The notes beneath the pieces were generated by a model. The model did not search any database, was not told the DNA's origin, and saw only the letters and a list, made by a program, of their open reading frames with translations. The position numbers and the translations under genes are program-made. DNA of 64,000 bases. It comes from Chrysomallon squamiferum. Its lineage: Eukaryota > Animalia > Mollusca. The stretch is from positions 23,994,001-24,058,000 of the forward strand of contig CM022673.1 in NCBI GenBank assembly GCA_012295275.1, in the 5' to 3' direction. The first letter of the stretch is position 1, and every line of letters begins with the position of its first letter. Below are positions 26,201 through 39,964 of the stretch, one piece after another.

Positions 26201-27542
26201 TTTACCAAGATTTATTTTACAACAATATTAAAAGCCTGATAATTCGTAAATGAAGGAATAATGAATGACCTGTAGCTTGCTGATAAACTGTGTTTGCAGA
26301 ACTTGTCAGATTCTGTGCTGCTTCGTTGATTTCTCCATCTTGACTCTGACTACTGTTTGATTCTTCATCCATTTTGGAATCAGGGGATGATAGTTCATTA
26401 AAAATTTTCCTATAATTAATTAATTATATTTAAAAATAATGTAAATGTTAAGTAGCAATATTAGTACATAATTTAATAGTTATTACAATATTTGTTCTGT
26501 GATTAATGAGCATAATGTCACTGATTATTTCAGGTAAGTTGATGTACACAAACAAGTCACAGGTTTACAATTAATTTTTCAAAAATGGTTTTGTTATCTT
26601 CATTTTTAATTTCCTACAAACTTTGGTAAAAATATATAAAAACATTTAAAAATGTACCTATATGATGGTCTTCTAGCTAAAATTTCTCTTCTGGTCTTAG
26701 CATCTGCATCACGATCTTCTGAAGTCAGTTCATCATCAACAGTTGCAACCTATTCCAGTACATAGTTAGTTTTAAAATATGAAAATGATGACTTAACTCT
26801 GGAAGTTAAATAATGATGGAAGAAACAGAAATATCACACATATGTATTGTTGATTAAGTAAAAATATACCAAAGACAGTAAAAACAAATAATCTAAAATA
26901 TATTTTGCATAGTTCCAAGTGAATGTTTGGTAAGAACATAAACTTTAAAGTTTGATAACAGTAAAAAAAGGAAGTTTATAAATGAGTAGAACAATTAGCA
27001 GCATTTATACATATCACTGGCTTTCAAGTGTAATTTTTGTTATGCAACCATTTAAGTATGCCTCTCATGTACCTGACCTCTGACCCTGACCGAGTTCTGT
27101 CCAATACAAATATTATTGCCATACTTTAATATTTGTATTAAATGGTGTGGAAAAACAAATAAAACAATCACATGTATTTAATAAATGCTTTTTGTTAAAA
27201 CTACCAGAGAAATATTTGAAACTAAAAATTTAAATGTAATAATTTAGCAAACATTTTCCTCAGGTTTTTATTTTTTTTAGACAAAATTGTATTTTACAAT
27301 TATCATTTCTTTTTTCTTCTTCAGAAATGGGCTGAGATATCTAAGTACAGTAACATACACACCCTCACTACTTGTATCGTCTGTAAATTTCCCAAGTTTC
27401 CTGCAGTTTGAATGACTGATGGCTGATTTGACTGGATTACTGACTGCACCTGTACGGGCTGGTTTGGGATAGAAACCTGTACTACAGACAAGCCGTGAGA
27501 TCCATTTTCAAGCTCTCCTTGAGCCCCACTGCCTTCAGACAT
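23221..27542 (-). CDS. CREB1: cAMP response element-binding protein CREB1. Exons: 27542-27363, 26749-26658, 26409-26270, 25790-25620, 25229-25070, then terminal bZIP exon 23365-23221 (or alternative 24405-24261); ~295 aa
   Basis: Q1 domain (SVVQVSIPNQPVQVQSVIQ), KID with RREILARRPSYRKI (PKA serine), Q2 (GLQTLTM...TIVQYAQGPDGQF), bZIP EEASRKRELRLLKNREAARECR...CLENRVAVLENQNKTLIEELKALKELYC. GT-AG sites and phases are consistent. Confidence 0.97.
24261..24405 (-). CDS. CREB1: Alternative proximal terminal bZIP exon of CREB1 (R-DAAHKCRGRKKRFIECLENRVAMLEDQNKTLIQELKTLKELYCQQDE*)
   Basis: Strong acceptor tttttctttctttag; same 145-nt length and phase as the distal exon; no stops or frameshifts; 32/47 aa identical to the distal exon; AATAAA overlaps the stop codon. 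Confidence 0.85.
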
Positions 27543-29575
27543 CACTGAAACACATAAAATGTCATTTTCACACATTTCCTATAGTTCTATGCCCATATTA
27601 AAATTTATTTTCTGAAATACAGACATTATTTAATAATTTTCAACAAATGAAGTGAAAATGTTACAGAATGAATGTTTATAAATATTTATAATCATGAGAA
27701 AAAAAATAATTAGATTTTTGTACTTCACTAGCTTTTGTTTTGGAATAAGTACAGCCAAGAAATACACACATACACAAATGAAAATAATGTTACAACATTT
27801 AAAGGTACTGCAATGTCTTAGGAATACTGGAGACAAAATATATGCAGGTTTTTTTAAGTGAACTATTTGATTCAATTCCTTCAGCATAAAAATTTAATAA
27901 AAGCTGTTATCCTGTAAGTTTCACAAATATATTTTTTCATAATCCATCATAAAACTGTAGAATTGTTTTGAAAAGGCTTGTACATGGTTATATTGTTACA
28001 ACATAGAAAAATATATCCACTTTCAAACACAATAATTACAAAACTATATTAAGTTTGTGTATAGAAAACAAACATTATTAATATATATATCATATCAATA
28101 TGTAAAGTACATCTAAATCATAAGATTAAACTGTAGTGTCTCTACTATCATTGTAACAAATATTCAAATGACTCCATGAAAAAATATATAAAAAATAAAA
28201 CTTTAAAAATTATACTTCAACATTATAGGTAGAATCCCTGCTATGCCATCAACTATTAAGAAATTTGAATATATAGTTCACAATTGAAACCTATTATAAT
28301 AGAAATGTCAAGGAAAGTGTTTTACATAAATATAATAATTATTAATAAATATTTAATAAAAATCTTTTTCACAAGATTAATATATTTGGGAAACTGCCAA
28401 ATTTCACCTTATATATAAATATATTTTTTTTAAATTTGTTCTTAGATCTTTTCTGCAGTTGTTTCAGTCTGTTATTATTAATACTAGACATTTATAATAT
28501 TTGTAAGTTTAATATTTATGTTCTAAGGCTGATAGATTTAATTTTCCTTAAAGAAAAAATATTGCTAACTTAATTTCAACATCAAATCAATACTAAATAT
28601 GCAATGTTTTAAATTTCAGAAGAATTACTTTCTAAAATTTTGCAAATGCCTATCAATATTAGTTCTTTTTCTCTTGAATATATATTTTTTTTCTTCTGCC
28701 TTATTACCATGGCAACCACACAGACTTCTTTTTAATATGAATATAAAAATATACTGGATGAAATAATTGAAAATTAATCATTAGAATATTAAAAATAAAA
28801 CGTTAAAAATAAAACGATATTACAATTATAAATATTTGAAGAGAAAGAAAATATTAATTCAAAAGAATAATTTCATAAAACTGTAAATTTGATTTATATT
28901 TAAAAATCTGAATAATTTTGTAAGTAAGTTGTAACTGAACAAAATTATGAAATACCCACGTTCTAACAAATATATGCATAACAATCTGCTTTACTTTCGG
29001 GCTTCTTCTTTTTTCTTTCTTTCTTTAATAATACAAATAATACAAATAATAATTAAAAAAAAATTAAAAATTAAAAATTGTAATGCGTAATTTACAACTG
29101 CTCAACAGGATGTTTCAAATTACGTATGTGTATATAAATTCAAACTTGATTTATAAATTATATTACCAAAACGTATACTTCTTCGACACACTTAAATGCT
29201 ATAATTATATGTGTATTTTACACGGTGATGATCTACTGACCTCGATAAACTTACATTTCCATTTTAATTTTATTTCGAATAACTGTTGCTAATAAAGATA
29301 TAAAAATAATATGCATAGTTGTATAAATTGTAAAAATTATTATCGTTCAAACTACTTTTATTAAACGGGGCAATAAGCCAAAAGGGAAACCCCATTAAAA
29401 ACGATACATTTACAATAACAACAATCAGCATAACATGGGCGGAATTCAACAAAATGTCTTTTCAGAAATTATACACATGCACCACATGTATTTTATTTAA
29501 CTGCAAGTTACTTCAAATATTCGAAATACTCATATGTCAAACATGACACCACGTTTGTTTGTTGTGGGTACTTAC

Positions 29576-29650
29576 CAGTTACGTATTTTTCGTCACCAAC
29601 TTTGCCGCAACTGAGTGGATAATTTAGCAGAATACGTAGTGGCCACGTCA
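29576..29650 (-). other. CREB1: Probable 5' non-coding exon of CREB1 (upstream limit uncertain)
   Basis: Consensus donor CTG/gtaagt at 29576/29575 inside a CpG-containing island; the first coding exon begins at an acceptor 2 nt before the ATG. Confidence 0.6.
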
Positions 29651-29795
29651 AAATACACCATCGGCGTCATAGACTTCGACAACAAGCCACCTAACCTAAC
29701 AAGGTCAGTGTATTCTTCCGCGACAGTGACGTTTGTTTAATCTTGATTGGTTAATATTTTCGCAATGACGTCATTAGTCTGGGAGCTGACGCGAA
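29579..29795 (-). promoter_or_regulatory. CREB1 promoter: full CRE, five half-CREs, CCAAT box and C/EBP-like site
   Basis: AATGACGTCATT palindrome at 29764-29775; CGTCA/TGACG at 29591, 29646, 29665, 29727 and 29787; ATTGG at 29746; TTTCGCAAT at 29758. CpG-rich relative to the window. Confidence 0.8.
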
Positions 29796-30427
29796 CTAAT
29801 TACCGTGGAAATGTCGTCTGATGTGGTTCTTGCTTATGGAAATTAAATTATAAGATTAGAGGCTTTTGTTAGATTTAGTTTTGATTTATATTTATGTTTA
29901 TTTTTTAAAAGTTAAATGTGCTTGTCGAGTACGAAATATATTTTCAATATACAAAGGAATTATTTTATACCGTGGAACAAATTGGTACTGCGGCCTAAAG
30001 TGCTCAGACAGCATAGGTGGTTGGTTGGGAAAGAGGGGAGGGTGATATCAGCTTGGGCTTGACTTTTTTTCTTTCCTTCTTTCTTTCTTTCTTTTGTTTG
30101 TTTGCTGTGTTTGGTTTTTTTTTTGGGGGGGGGTCTTCATTTTTGTCTATCGTTTTTTTCTTTTAATAACTGAAACAGATTTATCATTTCTTACATTTAT
30201 TAGCAGAAAAGAAATAAACAAAACAAAACAAAACAAACAAGCAAACAAGTAGATAATAATAAATTAGCAGATGACATAAAGTACGGTAAAGTCAATGAAC
30301 TATGCACACCGGCAGTGCTTCTTATGTCTACACTGTCCCCCATCCTGTCTCGTATCTATGCTTCTAAGACCCCCCCTCCTGTCTCGAATCTACTTTTGAC
30401 TGAATAACTTTAGTTTTTTTAAACGCT

Positions 30428-30480
<53 letters not shown>

Positions 30481-30664
30481 AATGGATCTATTGCTTGTGC
30501 TACTACTACTAAAATAATAATAATAAATAATAAATAAATAATAGTCGTTGGGAAATGGCTGAAAAGAAATAATAGCCAATAAGTAGATACATAACTAAAT
30601 AAGTAAATAAGGTATTCTCAATGAAAATGGGATCTGGCTGTGAAGTGCTTCTGTATCCCAATTA

Positions 30665-30713
<49 letters not shown>

Positions 30714-30808
30714 TAAAAAGTGATATTAAACTATTATTGACAATAAATGAAAACGTCATACCTGTGTCTTACGTAATGTCGCGTCTTCTTTTCTTTTTTT
30801 AAATTTTA

Positions 30809-30867
<59 letters not shown>

Positions 30868-32582
30868 CACATTATTTTTCTAAAGCATTAGATATTCCAC
30901 ACTTTTGTAAGTATGGTCTGAGTGAGCAGATAAATAATAATAAAAAATAAAAAATAAAAAAATAAATAAATAAAATTTTTAAAAAAAGTTAAATAATAAA
31001 ATAAAATAAAATAAAATAAAATAAAATAAAATAAAAATAACAGTATTTAATTAAAAAGGAATGACGTTGCTTATCTACGAGCTTCCAAAATGATTCAATT
31101 TGTTTACATTTACTTATTTGTTCAGTTCACCATCTTTGAATAATGATGATGATAGAAACCAATAAAAGCCAACACCATTCCCTAGAAGGAATTCTCACCT
31201 GTCCCGCAGACATCGGCCAGACCTGTATAGAGTAGTCTGGGGAAAATTCACACCCACTCTGAAACTTTATTTAAAATTATTCCTAAACCGAAAGAATATA
31301 ATTTCTTAAAACTGTCCCATTAGCTGCGTATTAAATTTAATGCATGAATTTATGAAGTATAACTGCAAACTATGGTTGAATGGCTACATCTCTTACGAAA
31401 CTGTTTAAATGGACGAAGATGACACAATATAACATATCTGTAAGTGTGGCTGCATTACATCGCTTAGCTCACTGCTGGGGAATAACTGAGGGCAAGTTAA
31501 AGTCTTACATATTATACATATCTTTACCAAATTCAAGTTAATAGTAGCAAGTTACCACGGAGTGGAAATCGCTAATCCTATGTAATATATTTATAATGTT
31601 TTATTTTTACCGCTGTCTCATCTGTATAAAATAATAATAAAAAAAGAAGAAGAAAAAAAAAAAAGGTGGAAATAAAACGGTATATTTATAAATAGAATCA
31701 GTTTGTTATATCACATGACCAACATTTTAGTGTTCATTGGTGGGCTCAAACCGGGAATTATATGGTCGAATTTGGAAGAATATTTTGTTTGCGAGTTACG
31801 TTTTCATTATTTTGGTAAATGTTTTTATTATATATACTGTTTCCTATCATATATGTTTTAATTGTGGATCTTGCTTATTATATTCAGTATATTTGAGCAA
31901 TGTCGTTTGGATAAAAACAAGATAATTATTTCCAAAACTTGTTTATCCGGAACCCCGTGATTGAGCTACTACTACTACTAGTAATAATACTACTACTAAT
32001 AGTAATACTAATTGTACTACTAATTGTACTTAGTAGTAATATTATATATCATGTATAATAATTAATGTACTGTATTTTGTAATACTAATAATACTAGTAA
32101 TACTAATTAATATCATTACTAGACTTAATCAAAGTTTTATAGATGGAAACACACGTAACACTGAACTCTACACAGAAACTGCAGTATTAAAATACAGTAA
32201 GATCTCTAAGATAGAACTTACTGTATTTTATATTGCAGTTTTTGTGTAAAGATTTAGTGTATAGACATACTGTAATTTTCTTCTTTTTTAAACTTTTTTT
32301 TAAAATTCAGCCAATCATTTTAAAAGTTTTGACATCACATCCACATAATTATGCATACAATGGTACATTATTTTTTAAACAGGTAATAAAAAAGAAAATA
32401 ATACATAAATAATAATAATAATAATAATAATAAGTTTCAAATATCAATTTCAATTTTTGGCATAACTGATTTTACACAACATTTCATAAGACACCGAAAG
32501 CAGCAGTTTATAACAGAAAACCAAAATGTGAACTGTGTCATGTAATAAAATTAAATATTTGACAGATTATTGTGATGGTAGA

Positions 32583-35500
32583 ATGGCTTCATCAGCAACC
32601 AGAGCGAAGGAAAACTGTCCCCCATCAGTGAAGAAAAAGAATTCCAGGTAATTACAAAATACTGAAACTGTAAATGAACTAACTATATAAAGCTAAAAAT
32701 ACTGAAAATGAGTTTCACATTATACATAAAACTATTTTATAGAATCTCTTAGCTTATATAAATAACATTTAAATTAATTTCTTTTGTATTGGACAACATT
32801 GTTAAAACTAAGAAATCATTCAAATCTTTTATTATTATTTTTGTTGTTATTATTATTATTATTATTATTTTAAATTAATTTAATTCTTCACTTACTAGAA
32901 AATATTTTATTTCACAGTAATATTTCAATATTTAATTACTTGTACTGGAAGAATGTTATTGTTAATGATGATGGAAGTTATTGTTATTGTTATTGTTATA
33001 TTTTTCTCAGTAAAATACCACAACCTGCCAAACAAAAGACAAGAAAAGTAAAAGCAGTTCCACATTTCTCAGAATTACATCGTGATTGGAACCGGAAGTT
33101 TGAGATGGGGAAGGCTTGTCATAAAAAAGGCTCAACCATGGTAAGAAAGGACAGTTAATTAATATGTCAGTATAAATACAACAAAAACACCCATAAATCT
33201 ATTATTCATTACAGTATTCTTAGTAACTGAAAATTATATTTGACTAGTGAGGTATTCTAAATGTATTAAATGATAATTACATTGTGTGATGTGTACAAAG
33301 AGAATGTTGTGTGTGTCTGTGTGCTGCATTTCAATTGGTTGTGTGTTGAATGTGTTGTATGTAGTACTTTAAAATAATAAAAAAATGATATCTCCTTTTT
33401 CAGTATAACAACATATATTTACTAGGCTGTATTTGTGGATCATATAAAAATATTCTGTCCTGTACTGTGAATGATATTTTTCCTTTCTGAATTAGAAATA
33501 TTAATATTGTTGCTATTGCTGCTGGAAAAGTAAATATAATTTTTTTCTTTTTAAATTTGTTTTAATAGTGGCATAACAAAATTAATTTGTTGTTATTGCA
33601 GGTACAAGAGTTTGATCTCACTGAGCCAGGTACAAAGTTCTGTACGGTGAAGGATGAGGAGGTTTCCTGTTTTACTCCTGACATGATGTCACTGCACAGC
33701 ATCAAGTCAGGCAGAGGGCTGCAGAAATCCATGACAACTGGGCGAGCCACCATAGCAACATCAAGGTAGCAATCAAACAAGATAAATATGTTCTGATGAC
33801 AAGGAAATACAATTTCCTATGATGATAAGATTGAGGTTTTTTAAAAAAAAAATTATTACCAACAGTACTGTCATCAAAAACAAATTACAGGTAGCTGTTG
33901 ATCATGATGTGTGAAATAAAACCGTGACAAGCAATCAGATTGTTTTTGTGGTAATATTTGAATTTTTATAATTTTATTTTGCAGAGTACAAAGTGAGCTG
34001 AAAAGTCGGCGTCTGTTTTGTGAGTTGCCAAGTCAGAATTCTCAATCAGAGAGACAAGAAACTCGCACAGAGGACCAACAAAACGATGGTACATTAACAA
34101 GTCAAAATACTTAATACAGCCACTTCTACTACACTATTATAATGCTACTACCACTCCTACAACTACTTTTGCGATTGCTGTTGCTACTACTGCTATTATT
34201 ACTAAACTGCTCCTACTGTTATTAGTACCATCACTACTAATACTGCTGTTGTTAGTCATCTCCACTACCTCATATACAGTTAGTAGCAGCAACAACAGTA
34301 AAAATGCAAAAGTGTTGTGTTCTTTATAAAAACTTAATTATAAATATCTGTAATATAAAATAATATGCTTATTTTCTATGATAGAATGCCTAAATAAGAG
34401 AAAATTTGAAATAGAACAGCCATGTTTAAAACGTTATTGAAATTGTTTGAAAGTTCAAGTTTTTGTTTTTATATTTAGGTTTTGAAGTGGACTGGTCAGC
34501 ACTGAAGAGTATTATTAGTGATGAGGGGATAAAAACACCTCAGCCTGCAGTCAGACAGACTTTCACACTGACTGGGTCCACTTCGCTACAAAAGGTTAGT
34601 ACGTTAACACTTCTCTATACCAGGTTAGTACGTTAACACTTCTCTATACCAGGTTAGTACGTTAACACTTCTCTACAAAAGGTTAGTACGTTAACACTTC
34701 TCTTTACCAGGTTAGTATGTTAACACTTCTCTACAAAAGGTTAGTTTGATAACTCTTCTCTACAAAAGGTTAGTTTGATAACTCTTCTCTACAAAAGGAT
34801 AGTTTGTTAACTCTTCTCTACAAAAGGTTAGTATGTTAGCACTTCTGTACAAAAGGTTAGTCTGTTGTCACATGAACACACCCAACCTTTCCAATTAACT
34901 ACTTCACTAGTGAATCTGAAATAATGGTATAAGCAGACATTGCACAGTGATGAAGATTTGATGAAACACAGTAACTAAAGAGGTTATTACACAAACAGAG
35001 AAAGTCAAAATTGTCATTGCTCTAAAACTTTATTAATCAGACAAGTAGCTTTAATCTGATTGACAAAGTGACCCATGCTTCAAAAAAGAATAATACAATT
35101 GATATCACTCTTCTAAATAATGCTTATTTATTTATTTATTGTTTATTTTTATATCTTGTTGCTGTTGTTGTTAATTCAAGGGACCAAGAAACACAATCTA
35201 TTGCTACGGTCAACCCCAAAAGTCATTGTTTGAATCACTGACACAGTACAGAAACCTGCTGAAATCTCGACGTGCTGCTCAGAAAAAACAGTCTGATGAC
35301 AACCAGGAGAATGACCCATCAGCTGACGATGTTGATGTCGCTGTAGATAAATGTCAAGATGTGGACAAGAATAACCAGGGTAAAATGAACTTACTGAAAT
35401 TAGAAACCTGTCTTAGAAGTAGAAACATTTAGTAGCAAGCATGTCTTGGAATACTGAAAAACTGAATTTGAAAACCAATAACAGTAATAATAATAATAAT

Positions 35501-38500
35501 AAATAATAGTAATAATGGTTAAGAAACTTTAAAGTTCATTTTGTTGGAATTTGACTGTTTTATGCTTAAACAGAAATATACCTGTTTTGTCTTTGAAGAA
35601 GTGATATTTATATTTTTAATCTGTCAACTCTGTTCTATATTTTACATGCAGAAATTTTAAACAAACAGTTCTGTTAAATTTCAGTGTGTTCAACATGGAA
35701 GACAACTCCCAGATCTGTCTCGTTTCAAACATCATCGTTTGCGAGAGGGTTAAACAGTGAACCAGTGAGACAGTCGCTGTACACAAACAACATCAACAAA
35801 TCAATTTTAACACCAACTACAGCACAGCGCCATCCAAAACACAGCACAGCAAAATGTTTTCAGGTAAACTTGTTTGCATTTTTCTCTTAGTGATTAAAAC
35901 TGATAGTTTTCAAATAAATAACAATATCATGTTAAATCTTTTCAGTTTGAGTTGTTTCCCTTGTATCAGATTTTCTGTCAGTGTTGTTTTATTCAGTGAC
36001 TTGATGTGTTAATCCTGATTGACTGTTATTACTTGACTTTTGTATGGTGCTTGCATCTGTCAATATCATCACCTCTCAATAGCAGCTAGGTGTGTTCTGT
36101 TTGCACCTTCCCTTACACAGTAAAGTATTTACTATGTAAATCACTGGAGAGAACAGAACCAGGCAGCTTCATCACAGCATAAAATTTATAAAACCTACAA
36201 ATGAACACATAAAACACTTGTATTTGCAGCAGCTGGTTTCCTCTCTAATCGAAAAAAACAATCCGGTCTGTCTGACATCTGATAAAATTTATAAAATATG
36301 TGCCATGTCATTTAATGATGTAACTACTTTTGTTTGGTTTTCAGGCTCAGCGTGTTCCTGTACGAACAACGCCAGGCAACAAGTCTGACTGTCCATCATT
36401 CATAGTAAGTTTTTGTTATTTCATTTTGTTAAAGAGTCATTGATGCACACATAGTGCAGGCTATAGGATTTTAGAAAAGTTAGTTTAGATGGTGGTTTTG
36501 TTATTTTCAGAGAACGCATATTTGGTGATGTAGATGATATTAGAACTAGTCAATACTAAATTCAGTTTATGTGACTGTTAATGAGTTGCTAACTTTTTAT
36601 ATAGAATATCTTCATGTGAAAGAAAAAGAGGAAAAGTAACTATTTAAGAATTATTCTCATTTATTTTTATTCAGAATTCACTGTAAGTCATTCTGACAGA
36701 AGTGAATTCCTATTCTATGCCACATGAAATACAAATTTCTTCTTATAAAACAAGAACTACTGATAATAAAATGTTGTTTTACAAATTTGAAATACTGGCT
36801 CAAACTAGTGTAGTTAATATTGAGATATTTTTTGTTTGTTTTTTAAAGAAAATCCGGAAAACACTGAGATGGGCTGATACTCTAGAAAGTCCAACAACAT
36901 TTCCCATGTCTAAAGAAAAAAAAACTGAAGTAAGTGATTTTTGTACTAAAAAATCCCATATAAATAAATAAAAAATAATAAGTGTTTCAGATGATGTTTA
37001 TCAGTGTCACTGATGTCTTCATGTTGATGTCTGACACCTCTTGTTAATACAAGTATTAATTAGCAAATAGATTCCAGTGATTGTTCATTACATACTTGAT
37101 GAATTTCTGGGTAAAAAAAGAAATGTACAGATAAGACTTGCTTTTTGATTATGGAAGTTTGGTCATGGTAATTTACAGATCTGAAAATAACTGAGAAATT
37201 CAAGAACATATAAATACCTGAGAAAATATGTATTTTCATTATACACAGATTGCAGCTTGATACAAAACACTGCCTTAGGAATACATTAAAGATTTTAAAA
37301 GTGTATTTAATTTCATTGGTTGGTGTGTAACTGAACTATTTTGGATGCACAAAATGAAACAAAATCATTTTATTTCACTTGCATATTGAATGAGAATATC
37401 ATTATTATACATACAAAATAAAAACTGTTCAATAATTGTGGAATTGTCAAAATTAGCTTGATAATCATGTTTTAATTGTTCTGGGTTTACAGAAATACTT
37501 GAAATGTTAATTTTTATAAATATTTTGTTTTATTTTCAGTTTTGTAGAAATATTTTTCTTGACAATAATCAGTGCTGTCATTAAGTGTAAAAGGTAGAAA
37601 ATAAATCAGTGAACACAAAGTGTAAAAATGTCAGATTCAGATAATCATTTGTTTCAGTCAGTTTTTAGAATTAACATGAAGTGAATGTTTTACTGTTTTA
37701 ATAATACTCCAGACTGTGGTAGGAAGAGTATAAAATGTTTATACATGTCAAGAAAAAGTATAGTTCAAAGCAAAAAGATTAAATATTTATTAGGAGTTAT
37801 ATCCCTTTGAATGCTAAGCTGGAAATAAGTTCACTTCCTTTGCAGATTTCTGTTCCTACTTTTAACCTTTCTGATAAAAGTTATTATAAAACATTTACAA
37901 AGTTTTCAACATAATTTGAAACCCATATAGTTAATATTCGTTTCTTTTCCCTCCTTGTGCCTGTACATATACACAAACCTTACATGGGAATTTAGTCTGT
38001 CAGTGTGAATGTGTGTGTGTGTGTTTATCTATCTACATGTCATAGGTAAAGTAATGTGTGTGAGAACTGTGTACTACATGTCGTAGGTAATGTGTGTGAG
38101 AACTGTGTACTACATGTCATAGGTAAAGTAATGTGTGTGAGAACTGTATACTACATGTCATAGGTAAAGTAATGTGTGTGAGAACTGTGTACTACATGTC
38201 ATAGGTAATGTGTGTGAGAACTGTGTACTACATGTCATTGGTAAAGTAGTGTGTGAGAACTGTACTACATGTCATAGGTAAAGTAATGTGTGTGAGAACT
38301 GTGTACTACATGTCATAGGTAATGTGTGTGAGAACTGTATCTACATGTCATAGGTAAAGTAATGTGTATGAGAACTGTGTACTACATGTCATAGGTAAAG
38401 TAATGTGTGTGAGAACTGTACTACATGTCATAGGTAAAGTAATGTGTGTGAGAACTGTACTACATGTCATGGGTACAGTAATGTGTGTGAGAACTGTACT

Positions 38501-39932
38501 ATATGTCATGGGTACAGTAATGTGTGTGAGAACTGTGTACTACATGTCATAGGTAAAGTAATGTGTGTGAGAACTGTGTACTACATGTCATAGGTAAAGT
38601 AATGTGTGTGAGAACTGTGTACTACATGTCATAGGTAAAGTAATGTGTGTGAGAACTGTGTACTACATGTGATAGGTAAAGTAATGTGTATGAGAACTGT
38701 ACTACATGACATAGGTAAAGTACTGTGTATGAGAACTGTACTACATGACATAGGTAAAGTAATGTGTATGAGAACTGTACTACATGACATAGGTAAAGTA
38801 CTGTGTATGAGAACTGTACTACATGACATAGGTGAAGTAATGTGTATGAGAACTGTGTACTACATGTCAGGTAAAGTAATGTGTGTGAGAACTGTGTACT
38901 ACATGTCATAGGTAAAGTAATGTGTATGAGAACTGTGTACTATGTGTTATAGGTAAAGTAATGTGTATGAGAACTGTGTACTATGTGTTATAGGTAAATT
39001 AATGTATGTGAGAACTATACTATGTGTCATAGGTAAAGTAATGTGTATGAGAACTGTGTACTACATATCATTGGTAAAGTAATGTGTGTGAGAACTGTGT
39101 ACTACATATCATTGGTAAAGTAATGTGTGTGAGAACTGTGTACTACATGTCATTGGTAAAGTAATGTGTGTGAGAACTGTACTACATGTCATAGGTAAAG
39201 TAATGTGTGCAAGAACTGTATATCATGTGTGCATCAAATTAGGTCAGGTGAGATCATGAGAGATCAATTAGAAATGTTTATGAAAATTTTGTATATTGTA
39301 CATCAAATTGGATGCACTAACTTGCATTATAGTTTATGTGTTTATGGTGATGATAATAATAGTAATAATAGTAGTAATAATAATTTATGAAAAGGATTAG
39401 AAGTGCATGGTAGTGGTACTTACACTTATTAAATCATAAAACTGTGGTTGTAATTGTAATAAGAAGTAAGTAGTGCTACTAAACAGTAGTAGAACTATAG
39501 TAGAAGACATAGTAGTAGAAGTATAGTAGAAGACATAGTAGCAGAAGTATAGTAGAAATTATTATTAGTAATATATATGTTTCTGATATATTATGACAAG
39601 TAAGCTGTACAGTGGTGTGTTTTTGAGAAATCTGTCTTACTTGTGTTGTGTGATGAAACAGACTACCTGAACTGTTCTAACTTGCTGAGCCAGCACATTC
39701 TCAGTGTTACCTAAACTGTAGCACATGTTATCAGGTGAAACACACAAACACACATCTCACAAAAAATAAATAAAAGTTTGGGATAATGACACAGGCAGAC
39801 ATCCTGCATCTTCAACTTTTGAACGGAAACAAAGCTAGGAACATTTTTTCTGAATTCTTCCTGAATTAAAGAAGGCTTTTTTAATGTGTAAATAATGATG
39901 GCTTCATTATTTGATGAAGAAATAGTTCTGAC

Positions 39933-39964
<32 letters not shown>

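Noticed and set aside
38033-39220. Regular ~40-bp repeats resembling a CRISPR array
   Set aside because: Units are head-to-tail with no unique spacers, there are no cas genes, and the context is a eukaryotic intron.
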